A DNA stretch of 64,000 nucleotides, taken from positions 6,879-70,878 of the forward strand of contig JBECKT010000051.1 of the NCBI GenBank assembly GCA_040235405.1, in the 5' to 3' direction. The notes below the pieces were generated by a model. The model was not told where the DNA came from. It ran no database searches and saw nothing but the letters and a program-made list of their open reading frames with translations. Positions within the stretch are counted from its first letter, which is position 1; each line of letters starts with the position of its first letter. Source of the DNA: Alcanivoracaceae bacterium (GTDB taxonomy: Bacteria; Pseudomonadota; Gammaproteobacteria; Pseudomonadales; Alcanivoracaceae). The position numbers and the translations under genes were made by a program. Positions 28,791-37,392 of this stretch are shown one piece after another.

Positions 28791-28820
28791 TCAGGCACGA
28801 TCAGGCACGACCAGGCACGA
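28791..28820. repeat. Three tandem 10-bp direct repeats upstream of the response-regulator gene
   Basis: tcaggcacga / tcaggcacga / ccaggcacga, head to tail. They end 16 nt before the ATG at 28837 and sit immediately before the AAGGAG RBS. Confidence 0.9.
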
Positions 28821-28836
28821 CAAAGGAGCCGCAGCC

Positions 28837-29304
28837 ATGCATAAGATCATGATTGTTGACGACGAGGAAAACATCCTCAAGGCACTGAGCCGCACTCTGC
28901 GCCGTGAAGAAGGCTGGGAAACAGAGTGCTACAGCAACGCGGAGGAAGCACTTCGAAGAGCCCGCTCCTGCATCTTCGATGCTGTGATATCCGACTGCAA
29001 CATGCCGGGCTGCAACGGCATTGACTTTCTCGCTGAGCTGAGGGAAATCCAGCCCGACGCCTGCCGCATTCTGATAACCGGGATGGTCAACATCGACACC
29101 CTGATGCAGGCCATCAATCAGGCTGGCGCCTTCCGCTTTTTCGCCAAGCCATGGGATGACGAGGCTCTGATGGAGGGAATTCGTGAGGGGCTTCGCTACC
29201 GGGATGTGCTGGTGGAGAACCGCATGCTGGCCGAGAAGGTACGCGATCAACAGGTCGAGCTGGACAGCTACAGAAAGCAGCGTCAGGCATCCGTATCACA
29301 CTGA
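28837..29304 (+). CDS. Response regulator, receiver domain with a short coiled-coil tail and no recognisable output domain
   Basis: MHKIMIVDDEENILKAL...DAVISDCNMPGCNGIDF...FRFFAKPWD. AAGGAG RBS. Confidence 0.8.
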   Translation: MHKIMIVDDEENILKALSRTLRREEGWETECYSNAEEALRRARSCIFDAVISDCNMPGCNGIDFLAELREIQPDACRILITGMVNIDTLMQAINQAGAFRFFAKPWDDEALMEGIREGLRYRDVLVENRMLAEKVRDQQVELDSYRKQRQASVSH

Positions 29305-29322
29305 ATTAGCGCAGGCACAGAA

Positions 29323-30780
29323 ATGCAGTACATCAAGGATCTGATCTCACCCATCTTCAATGCTGAAGGAGCGGGGGTATACCTGTTCTTCTCAATCATC
29401 GTCATGCTGATTGTTATTTTCTTTCTCTACAAAACCTACCGGGCATCTATCAATGTTGAGGCAAGACTGGCGGAGTTCTCGTCGCTGACCAGTAGCGCCT
29501 TCGCCAGCAGACTAAACCTGATTGAAGCCAGCGCCGAGGCCTATCATCTTAATCGCCACGCACTCGGGCCACTAGCAAGAATTATTGATGAATACTGCGT
29601 CATCACGACCAATGAAGATGGCATCATCACTTACTGCAACGACCGTTTCACGGCCCTTTCCGGCACCAGCCAAAAGGCACTGGTCGGCAAGCCCGGGAGC
29701 TTCGAGCACCACGTCACAGACATACACCACTCCTGGAACGCGACACGATCATTGCTCTCTCCTGACAAGGTATGGCACGGCGAGTTGTGCCTGTCGCTGG
29801 AATCCGGACTGCGCTGGCTCGACTGCTTCGTATTTCCTCTTGGCTTCATCACCACCGGAGAAAGTGGCTACATCTATTTTGGCACTGACATTACCGTGGT
29901 AAAGAAGCAGAACCAGCAGTTGATGAATGAAGTTCGCAAGAAAGATGAAGCCATCAGCAAGATGGAGGGCATGCTACTCAATTCGGAGAAGATGGCTTCC
30001 CTTGGCGTTATCTCCGCAGGCATCGCCCATGAGATCAACAACCCTATCGCCTTTGTGCTCGCCAACATTCGGCAGATCCATAACTATGGCACCAGCATGC
30101 GGGCCGTCATTCTGGATCTGCTCCGCCGCATCCCGGATGACAAGATGGAGAAGGTTCTCAACAGCCTTGAGGACAACCCGATCACTTTCAAACACCTGAA
30201 CGAAATCATTGATGACTTCCCCTCTCTTATGGATGAAACCTTCGATGGCATTGACCGGGTCCAGAAAATCATTACGGATCTGAAGTGCTTCTCTAATGAA
30301 AGGCCGGATAATTTTACCGACGTGGATATCCGCAAATGTATCGACCTCTCTCTTAATCTTGCCCGCCATGAGACAAAGGGGAAGATTCGCGTCTCCCGCG
30401 ATCATCAGGGCAGCACCCCCTCATTACTGGGCTCCGAAACCCAGCTATCCCAGGTGTTCCTGAATCTGATCGTCAATGCCTCTCAAGCCATGCCCCAGGG
30501 AGGAGACATCCGTATCCACACGCATTGCGATCAGGACCAGTGCATTATTCAGGTTATAGACACCGGCCCCGGCATCAGCGAGGAAATACAGGAGAATATT
30601 TTCGAGCCGTTCTTTACCACCAAAGCTGCTGGCGAAGGAACCGGGCTGGGTCTGGCAATCTCGCAAGACATTATTCGCCGCCACGGTGGTGAAATTTCCG
30701 TACAAAGCCAGCCCGGCCGGGGCACAACCTTTACGATCTCGCTGCCGATTGGCAAGACCTCACGATCACATGCCGCCTGA
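29323..30780 (+). CDS. PAS-domain sensor histidine kinase
   Basis: One N-terminal TM helix. PAS-like region (NEDGIITYCNDRFTALSG). H-box AHEINNPIAF. N/G boxes LIVNASQAM, DTGPGI and GTGLGLAIS. Confidence 0.85.
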   Translation: MQYIKDLISPIFNAEGAGVYLFFSIIVMLIVIFFLYKTYRASINVEARLAEFSSLTSSAFASRLNLIEASAEAYHLNRHALGPLARIIDEYCVITTNEDGIITYCNDRFTALSGTSQKALVGKPGSFEHHVTDIHHSWNATRSLLSPDKVWHGELCLSLESGLRWLDCFVFPLGFITTGESGYIYFGTDITVVKKQNQQLMNEVRKKDEAISKMEGMLLNSEKMASLGVISAGIAHEINNPIAFVLANIRQIHNYGTSMRAVILDLLRRIPDDKMEKVLNSLEDNPITFKHLNEIIDDFPSLMDETFDGIDRVQKIITDLKCFSNERPDNFTDVDIRKCIDLSLNLARHETKGKIRVSRDHQGSTPSLLGSETQLSQVFLNLIVNASQAMPQGGDIRIHTHCDQDQCIIQVIDTGPGISEEIQENIFEPFFTTKAAGEGTGLGLAISQDIIRRHGGEISVQSQPGRGTTFTISLPIGKTSRSHAA

Positions 30781-31459
30781 CATTCTCTATTCCATGACAT
30801 TTCAGAACGGACGGCGAGAGGAAATCGCCGTGACACTGGATGCAGGAAACGGAGAGATAGTAATAGACGATGAATTCATTCCGCCCGCATGGGCCTTACT
30901 GGGCCACCATCAATGCAGCCACTGCCCGTTGCAGCCGGATGAAGAGACCTACTGTCCGATAGCCCGCAATCTGGCGTACCTGTTTTCCGGGCGCAATACC
31001 GGCACATCTCACGACAAGGTCTTTCTTCGCGTACAGGTCGAACAGCGGGGTTATGTGTTTGATGAAACTACAACACAACGGGCCCTGAGCTCTCTGTTTG
31101 GCCTCATCTGTGCGTTGAGCCCCTGTCCACATACCCTGCCCCTGCGGCCGATGGGTGTATTCCACTTGCCACTGGCAACGGATGTCGAAACGCTGGTGCG
31201 GATATCATCCTTGTTTCTGCTACGCAGCTATCTTTCCCGTCAGGAAAGACCGGCAGACCCCGTTGACCTCAGCGATATGGAGGCAACCTACGGCAATCTG
31301 GGCAAACTCAATCAGGGCATGGCGGCTCGGTTACGCAGCGCGTCTTCCTCGGATGCCGCCGTTAATGCCATTACCCTGCTCGATGTGCTGGTCAAGGACG
31401 TTCGCTTTGAGCTGGATAGCCAGCTAGCCCTGCTCAAAAAGCTGATGCAGGTTCAGTGA
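30770..31459 (+). CDS. Hypothetical Cys/His-containing protein coupled to the kinase gene
   Basis: The ATG at 30770 overlaps the kinase stop by 11 nt; an alternative ATG lies at 30794. It contains HHQCSHCPLQPDEETYCP and CALSPCPH. I recognise no family. Confidence 0.5.
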   Translation: MPPDILYSMTFQNGRREEIAVTLDAGNGEIVIDDEFIPPAWALLGHHQCSHCPLQPDEETYCPIARNLAYLFSGRNTGTSHDKVFLRVQVEQRGYVFDETTTQRALSSLFGLICALSPCPHTLPLRPMGVFHLPLATDVETLVRISSLFLLRSYLSRQERPADPVDLSDMEATYGNLGKLNQGMAARLRSASSSDAAVNAITLLDVLVKDVRFELDSQLALLKKLMQVQ

Positions 31460-31470
31460 ATCGTTGCTGA

Positions 31471-31902
31471 TCATTGGGCCAGATCCCGCAAGTAATGCAC
31501 CAGCTGCCAGATCTGCGTATCACGCAGCTGCGGATGGGCCGGCATTGCTGTATCCGGTGAGCCAAAGCGAATGATCCAGAACAGTTGCCCATCGGCAATA
31601 CCATTTATCGTTCTGGCGCAGGTAAAATTACGCGGAGGCGGATCAAAACTGTCGGCAAGGGGGCCGCGCCCGTCCCCCTTGCTACCGTGACAGATTGCAC
31701 AACCCTGCCCGTCTTGCTTGCCCAGGTACAGGCGCTTACCCTCACGCAGCACGGCCCGATTCAGCGGCACAGGGTTGTCCATCTGCAGGTACTCAGGCGG
31801 TGCACTGCCAGTAAATCGCGGCTGCGGACACTGTGGCTCTGCCAGTGCCGCCTGAACAAGCGCTATCAGGAATAACAGCGTAACGCTGCGAATAGTAACC
31901 AT
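31471..31902 (-). CDS. Periplasmic class I c-type cytochrome
   Basis: Signal peptide MVTIRSVTLLFLIALVQAALA, a single CAICH haem motif and a downstream Met (DTAMPAH). The ATG at 31902 follows GGAG. Confidence 0.75.
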   Translation of the reverse strand: MVTIRSVTLLFLIALVQAALAEPQCPQPRFTGSAPPEYLQMDNPVPLNRAVLREGKRLYLGKQDGQGCAICHGSKGDGRGPLADSFDPPPRNFTCARTINGIADGQLFWIIRFGSPDTAMPAHPQLRDTQIWQLVHYLRDLAQ

Positions 31903-32092
31903 GGCCACTCCACATCAACTGCGAGTATCTTGACAAACGGCTTTCAGGGTAACGCCGGCGTGAGTACAGGTCTTGATACGGATCAATGCCGGCGCTTTCG
32001 CACCCGCTCAACAGGCTCGGATAGCCATGGCAGGATGGAACCGAACCCTTATTGCGGGCTCCAAGAGCCGTCGACTGTTTACCGGAGTCAGC

Positions 32093-33319
32093 ATGTTTTC
32101 ACGGACATTTGGTTTTGTTGCTCTGATCTTGCCAATCCTCGTACTGGCCGCCGAAGAAGCCGGGAACCCGCCCGGGTTTGCCGAGTGCGTCGTGCGGCTT
32201 CAAGACACCGCTCTGGAACAAGGCATCAGCAGCACGGTTGTCAACAAAGATCTGGCGGATGTGAATTACGTCGTGCGGGTTATTGAGCTGGACCGCAAAC
32301 AGCCGGAGTTCAGTGAAAGCTTTGCCACCTATTTCGAGCGCCGGGTGACCCAGGACCGTATCGTCAAAGGGCGCGCCCTGCTGGCCGAGCACCGTCAGCT
32401 GCTCAACAGGATCAGCCGTGAATTTGGCGTCCCGGCGCAGTATCTGGTTTCGTTCTGGGGGCTGGAAACCAATTTCGGCAGCTACTTCGGCAAGATGCCG
32501 ATTCTTGACTCGCTCGCCACGCTGGCCTGTGACCCACGCCGCAGCGAATACTTTACCGGTGAACTGATCAATGCCCTGAAAATCATTGATGAGGGTTCAA
32601 TCACTTCGGAAAAAATGCAGGGCTCCTGGGCCGGCGCTATGGGCCATACCCAGTTCATGCCGTCGGTTTTCCTGCGTTATGCGCTGGATTATGACGCTGA
32701 CGGCAAACGCGACCTGTGGGGCAGTCTGCCCGATGCTCTGGCGTCGGCAGCCAATTTCCTCCGCGGTATCGGCTGGCAGAAAGAGCAACGCTGGGGACGC
32801 GAGGTCAGCCTGCCGAAAAACTTCCCCTACGAAAAAGCCGGGCTGGCAACCAGACTTTCCCTGCAACAATGGCAGGCGCTGGGGGTACGCCAGAGCAGCG
32901 GTGCGAACCTCCCGGATGAAGACATGCAGGCATCCCTGCTGGTGCCCACCGGACATGAAGGGCCAGCATTTCTGGTCTATGACAATTTTCACGTGATCAT
33001 GCGCTGGAACCGTGCCGAGGCTTATGCGCTGGCAGTGGGCCATCTGGCAGACCGCATCAATGGTGCTGGCACACTGAAACGCCAGCCAGTGCAGGCTCCA
33101 AGACTGAGCCGCGAGCAGATCACCACTTTGCAAACCACGCTGAATGAAACAGGCTTTGCCGCCGGCGAACCGGACGGTGTGCTTGGTCCCGGCACCCGCG
33201 CCGCCATCAGCCGTTACCAGCAGTCCCGGCAACAAATAGCAGACGGCTTTGTCAGCAAGTCACTGCTAGCCGAGCTGGGCGTTACCCGTTACCTCGGCAA
33301 GCCGTCAGAGCCGGACTAG
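32093..33319 (+). CDS. Lytic murein transglycosylase (MltB/SLT_2 family) with a C-terminal PG_binding_1 domain
   Basis: FWGLETNFG and GAMGHTQFMPSVF. C-terminal LQTTLNETGFAAGEPDGVLGPGTRAAISRYQ. Signal peptide from ATG 32093. Confidence 0.85.
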   Translation: MFSRTFGFVALILPILVLAAEEAGNPPGFAECVVRLQDTALEQGISSTVVNKDLADVNYVVRVIELDRKQPEFSESFATYFERRVTQDRIVKGRALLAEHRQLLNRISREFGVPAQYLVSFWGLETNFGSYFGKMPILDSLATLACDPRRSEYFTGELINALKIIDEGSITSEKMQGSWAGAMGHTQFMPSVFLRYALDYDADGKRDLWGSLPDALASAANFLRGIGWQKEQRWGREVSLPKNFPYEKAGLATRLSLQQWQALGVRQSSGANLPDEDMQASLLVPTGHEGPAFLVYDNFHVIMRWNRAEAYALAVGHLADRINGAGTLKRQPVQAPRLSREQITTLQTTLNETGFAAGEPDGVLGPGTRAAISRYQQSRQQIADGFVSKSLLAELGVTRYLGKPSEPD

Positions 33320-33706
33320 CCAACGCATACAGCAGGCCACACCAACCCCCCAGGCACCATTGACGATCAGCCCGCCGATAACGGTAGTGGTATTGACGTC
33401 GAGGCCCTTAACCGGAAACACCACCAGCATCGCCACGGCCGTCGGGCCAACAGCACCGGCAACCAGTGCCGCCAGCCAGTGTCTGGCGCCGCGCCAGCGA
33501 CGGATCAGCCACCATACCGGCGGCCCCCATACACCGCCCCAGAATGCCAGTGAGATAACCTTCGGCACGCCCAGCGGCGGCACCGCGCTCATATTCCAGG
33601 GAGCCGCAGGTATTGCACCGGCCAACCAGAACAGCGCGATCACACCCTGATGAAATACCAGTGTTGCCAGAAACCCGGCAACAAATGCCTTGACCCAGAC
33701 CATCAT
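33305..33706 (-). CDS. Small integral membrane protein (4 predicted TM helices)
   Basis: MMVWVKAFVAGFLATLVFHQGVIALFWLAG... is hydrophobic throughout. Its 3' end overlaps the convergent transglycosylase gene by 15 nt. Confidence 0.5.
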   Translation of the reverse strand: MMVWVKAFVAGFLATLVFHQGVIALFWLAGAIPAAPWNMSAVPPLGVPKVISLAFWGGVWGPPVWWLIRRWRGARHWLAALVAGAVGPTAVAMLVVFPVKGLDVNTTTVIGGLIVNGAWGVGVACCMRWLVRL

Positions 33707-33729
33707 GCAACTCCCTTTGGTTATCACCT

Positions 33730-35268
33730 TTAAAGCCAGCCTTCCGGTGCCATACGGGCACTGAACCAGGCCAGCAGCCGACGCCAGAACGAGCCCTTCT
33801 CGACCCGCCTGACCTGTAACCCGCGCGGCCCCAGAAACTGCCACTGGATACGTTTTTTCTCGCTCAGTTGCAGACGGTAGCTGATGTCCGGTGCCATCGC
33901 CTGCTCCGCCAGTTGATTCAGCTGGGCCGCCAGCACCGGGCTGTCCATCAGGACGCCAATCTCGGTGTTCCAGAACGCCGAGCGCGGGTCCATGTTGAAA
34001 CTGCCCACAAAGGCGCTGTCATCATCGAAGATGATGGTTTTCGAATGCAGGCTGACCTTGCCACGCCACGGCAAGCGCCAGCGCCGGAAAGCACTCGCGG
34101 TCGAACTCATTTCATGTAGCTCGACACCAGCCTCAAGCAAGGCTTGTCGATACAGCGTGTAGCCGCCGTGAACCAGTGGCAAGTCGGTCGCCGCCAGTGA
34201 GTTGGTCAGCACGCGGACGCGAACACCGCGGGCTGTCAGATCACCAAGCAGCTCCATGCCCAGCTCACCAGGAACAAAATAGGCACTGACCAGCGTCAGC
34301 TGCCTTGTTACCGCCTTGACCCGCTCGATAAGCGGGCTGAAAACCAGCTCCTCCACCGGCGGATGATCCGGCGTACCAATCTTTTCCGGCCTGTCGACCA
34401 GCAGGCTCGCCTGAACCTGCTGCATATTTTCGAGCAAACGCTGACCACAGCCATCCTTCTGCCACTGGCGCAGTGATGACACATAGTCCTCACGTTCACG
34501 CATGGCAGTTTTCAACCGGTCGCGCACCCGCAACCGCCACAATCGATGCTCTTCAATATTTGGCACAAACAGGCGGAACCGGGCAATCGGCTGGACAAAG
34601 GGACTGTTCCAGTAAAGCTCGAAGCTGGCCTGCATCTGCGCCACCAGCGGGCCACGTACCAGCAGATCCAGATCGCTGAAATTCATCTCACTGGAAGCGC
34701 CGTAGTATTCATCCCCGAGATTACGACCGCCGGTGATCGCCAGTTCACCATCGGCAACCCAGAGCTTGTTATGCATACGCCGGTGCAAACGCTGGATCCG
34801 GGCAACAAAAACAACAAACCGGGTAAACGCCAGGCGCCGGCCCGACTCAATCGGATTGAACAGACGCACTTCAATATTATCGTGGCAGGACAGCGCGGCA
34901 ATACGGGCGTCCTGTCCGTAGATGGTCATGTCGTCAAGCAGAATACGCACCTTGACGCCGCGATCGGCGGCAACCAGCAATGACTGAATCAGCATCCGGG
35001 TGGTCAGGCCGTCGTGCAGGATGTAGTACTGGATATCCAGGCTGCGGCGAGCACTCTCGGCCAGATGGGTGCGCATGCCAAGGGCATCCATACTGCCCTC
35101 CAGCAACCGCACCTCGGTGCCCACCGACTGCAATAACCCTTCCATCCACACCGCCTTGTAAAATTGGCTCAGCCACTCCTGCTGGCCGATTGTGCCGCAT
35201 GCTATGCTTCGCGGCCATTCCTGTCCTGACGCCGAGCCACCGCCGTGCCGCTGTCCAAGGCTAGTCAA
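33730..35268 (-). CDS. Phospholipase D-family protein (two HKD motifs)
   Basis: HNKLWVADGELAITGGRNLGDEY and HSKTIIFDDDSAFVGSFNMDPRS. The start is uncertain: the ATG at 35145 would avoid overlap with the divergent gene. Confidence 0.8.
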   Translation of the reverse strand: MTSLGQRHGGGSASGQEWPRSIACGTIGQQEWLSQFYKAVWMEGLLQSVGTEVRLLEGSMDALGMRTHLAESARRSLDIQYYILHDGLTTRMLIQSLLVAADRGVKVRILLDDMTIYGQDARIAALSCHDNIEVRLFNPIESGRRLAFTRFVVFVARIQRLHRRMHNKLWVADGELAITGGRNLGDEYYGASSEMNFSDLDLLVRGPLVAQMQASFELYWNSPFVQPIARFRLFVPNIEEHRLWRLRVRDRLKTAMREREDYVSSLRQWQKDGCGQRLLENMQQVQASLLVDRPEKIGTPDHPPVEELVFSPLIERVKAVTRQLTLVSAYFVPGELGMELLGDLTARGVRVRVLTNSLAATDLPLVHGGYTLYRQALLEAGVELHEMSSTASAFRRWRLPWRGKVSLHSKTIIFDDDSAFVGSFNMDPRSAFWNTEIGVLMDSPVLAAQLNQLAEQAMAPDISYRLQLSEKKRIQWQFLGPRGLQVRRVEKGSFWRRLLAWFSARMAPEGWL

Positions 35269-36183
35269 TCCGATCTGTTGCTGGTGCTGGTCACCGTGCT
35301 GTCGGCGCTGAGCTGGATTTTCTCCCGCGAAGCGGTACAGCTGATGCCGCCCCTGTTATTCATGTGCCTGCGTTTTCTGCTGGCCGGCTCATTACTGGCC
35401 TTGCTCGGCCGTCGGCAACTGCTGCAAATCAATGCCGATCAAGCGTGGCGCGCCATCCGCGTTGGCCTGGTATTCGGCTTTGCCATGTGTTTCTGGGTGC
35501 TCGGCCTGACCCATGCCAGCCATGTTGGTGAAGGTGCTTTCCTGACCATTCTCGGCGTGCTGATGGTGCCGCTAATTGGCCGGTTCCTGTTTGCGGAAAC
35601 TCCGCCGCTGAGCACCTGGATCGCGATTCCCGTTGCCCTGACGGGGCTGGCCCTGCTGGCGCTGAAGGAAGGTTTCCGACCGGAACAGGGGCAAATCTTT
35701 TTCTTCATTTCCGCGTTCGGTTTTGCTTTCTACTACGCCCTCAATACCCGCGCCGCCAACGTCAGTTCGTCACGCAGCAAGTCTGGCGAGCTGTTGCAGA
35801 AACAGGGCGTGCCACCGCTGGCCCTGACCACCCTGATGGTACTGACCGTCTCTGTGGTAACCGGGCTGGCGTCGCTGGTGATGGAGCCATGGCGCGCCAG
35901 CTTCGCTGATTTCGACCCGATGCTGGCTGTCTGGATTGGCGCCAGCGCCATTATCGGCACATCTGCCCGGTTCTTTTTCCAGACCTGGGCACAGAGCCTG
36001 TCCACCACCAGTCATGGTGTGGTGATCATGATTGTCGAGCCGGTCTGGGTGGCACTGCTGGCGGCGCTCTGGTTTGGCGAAACCATGGCGCCGATGCAGC
36101 TGGCAGGCTGCCTGCTGATTTTCACCGCATTGCTGGTCAATCGCTGGAACGCGGTAAGAAAGGTTCTGAAATCCGTGCTCTAG
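35245..36183 (+). CDS. DMT-superfamily (EamA-like) transporter
   Basis: Ten hydrophobic helices with duplicated EamA halves. The GTG start is uncertain. The TAG stop lies inside the REP-like element. Confidence 0.75.
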   Translation: MPLSKASQSDLLLVLVTVLSALSWIFSREAVQLMPPLLFMCLRFLLAGSLLALLGRRQLLQINADQAWRAIRVGLVFGFAMCFWVLGLTHASHVGEGAFLTILGVLMVPLIGRFLFAETPPLSTWIAIPVALTGLALLALKEGFRPEQGQIFFFISAFGFAFYYALNTRAANVSSSRSKSGELLQKQGVPPLALTTLMVLTVSVVTGLASLVMEPWRASFADFDPMLAVWIGASAIIGTSARFFFQTWAQSLSTTSHGVVIMIVEPVWVALLAALWFGETMAPMQLAGCLLIFTALLVNRWNAVRKVLKSVL

Positions 36184-36241
36184 GAGCGGCCGAGCGGCCG
36201 CGATTGTTTCCGGGGTATCGCCGTCGGTCGACGGTTCCTAC
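36181..36241. repeat. REP-like composite palindromic element, copy A
   Basis: TAGGAGC-GCGGCCGAGCGGCCGC-spacer-GCCGTCGGTCGACGG-TTCCTAC. It shares its architecture and most bases with the copies at 61605 and 63146. Confidence 0.8.
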
Positions 36242-37314
36242 AAGCCAGCTCTTTGTTTTCGTGCGGCAAGTACTGCGGGAGAGTTGTCCGGTTTTTGCCA
36301 ACCGGACAACTGCTGCCCGATCAGTGATTGCAACGCGCTGATATGTGACGGCAATGCATTCAACGCCGGAATGTAGTGGTACTGCTCGCCGCCCGCCGCC
36401 ATAAAGTAGCCGCGATTCTCGACCTCGATTTCCTCGATCGTTTCCAGGCAGTCCGCAGCAAAGCCCGGGCAAAGCACTTGCACATGCCTGATGCCTTGCG
36501 CCGGCATTGCCTTCAGGGTTGCATCGGTATAGGGCTTGAGCCACTGCTCCCGACCAAAACGGGACTGGAAAGTGGTGACATATTGCTCAGAATTCAGGCC
36601 AAGACGCTCGGCTAGCAAGCGCGACGTTTTGTGGCATTCGCAGTGATACGGATCGCCATTATCCAGATACCGCTGCGGTACACCGTGGTAGGACAACACC
36701 AGCTTGTCGGGGCGGCCGTGCTGCTGCCAGTGCTGCTCGACCTGCCCTGCCAGAGCCTCGATGTAATCGGGGAAGTCATGGTAGTGACTGACAAAACGCA
36801 AATCCGGCAACCAGCGACGCCGGGTAAAATCCGCCGCCAGCGCATCGAAAGTAGACGCGCTAGTGGCAGCGGAGTATTGCGGGTACAGCGGCAACACCAG
36901 CAGCTGACGCACACCCTGCTGCTGCATTGATTCCAGCGTACTGCTGATTGATGGTTGTCCGTAGCGCATCGCGCACTCGACGATCAGATCATCACCCCAC
37001 GCCGGCTTCAGCGCTGCCCGCAGGGCATCGCGTTGGGCCAGCGTGTGCAACATCAATGGTGAGCCGGCTTCGGTCCAGACGCTCTGATAGGCGTGCGCCG
37101 AACGTCGCGGCCGAATACGCAGAATGATGCCATGGAGGATCAGGAACCATAACAGCCGCGGTACCTCTACCACTCGCGGGTCGGCAAGAAACTCGGCCAG
37201 ATAGCGACGCAGTGCCGGCGTAGTCGGCGCTTCCGGTGTCCCCAGATTGGTAATCAGCACGCCGATCCGGGCCGGTTGCTCATGGCGAAAGCCGGATTGT
37301 CCCCGATACTGCAT
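36238..37314 (-). CDS. hemH: Ferrochelatase
   Basis: IGVLITNLGTPEAPT, LVLPLYPQYSAATS and VLSYHGVP. Start chosen at ATG 37314. Confidence 0.92.
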   Translation of the reverse strand: MQYRGQSGFRHEQPARIGVLITNLGTPEAPTTPALRRYLAEFLADPRVVEVPRLLWFLILHGIILRIRPRRSAHAYQSVWTEAGSPLMLHTLAQRDALRAALKPAWGDDLIVECAMRYGQPSISSTLESMQQQGVRQLLVLPLYPQYSAATSASTFDALAADFTRRRWLPDLRFVSHYHDFPDYIEALAGQVEQHWQQHGRPDKLVLSYHGVPQRYLDNGDPYHCECHKTSRLLAERLGLNSEQYVTTFQSRFGREQWLKPYTDATLKAMPAQGIRHVQVLCPGFAADCLETIEEIEVENRGYFMAAGGEQYHYIPALNALPSHISALQSLIGQQLSGWQKPDNSPAVLAARKQRAGL

Positions 37315-37392
37315 AACCTGCCTCCACGCGATCACCGCGTTTTATCTGTTGCCTGTGGCCAAGTATAGCCATGACCGGTCAAGGGCGTGTCA

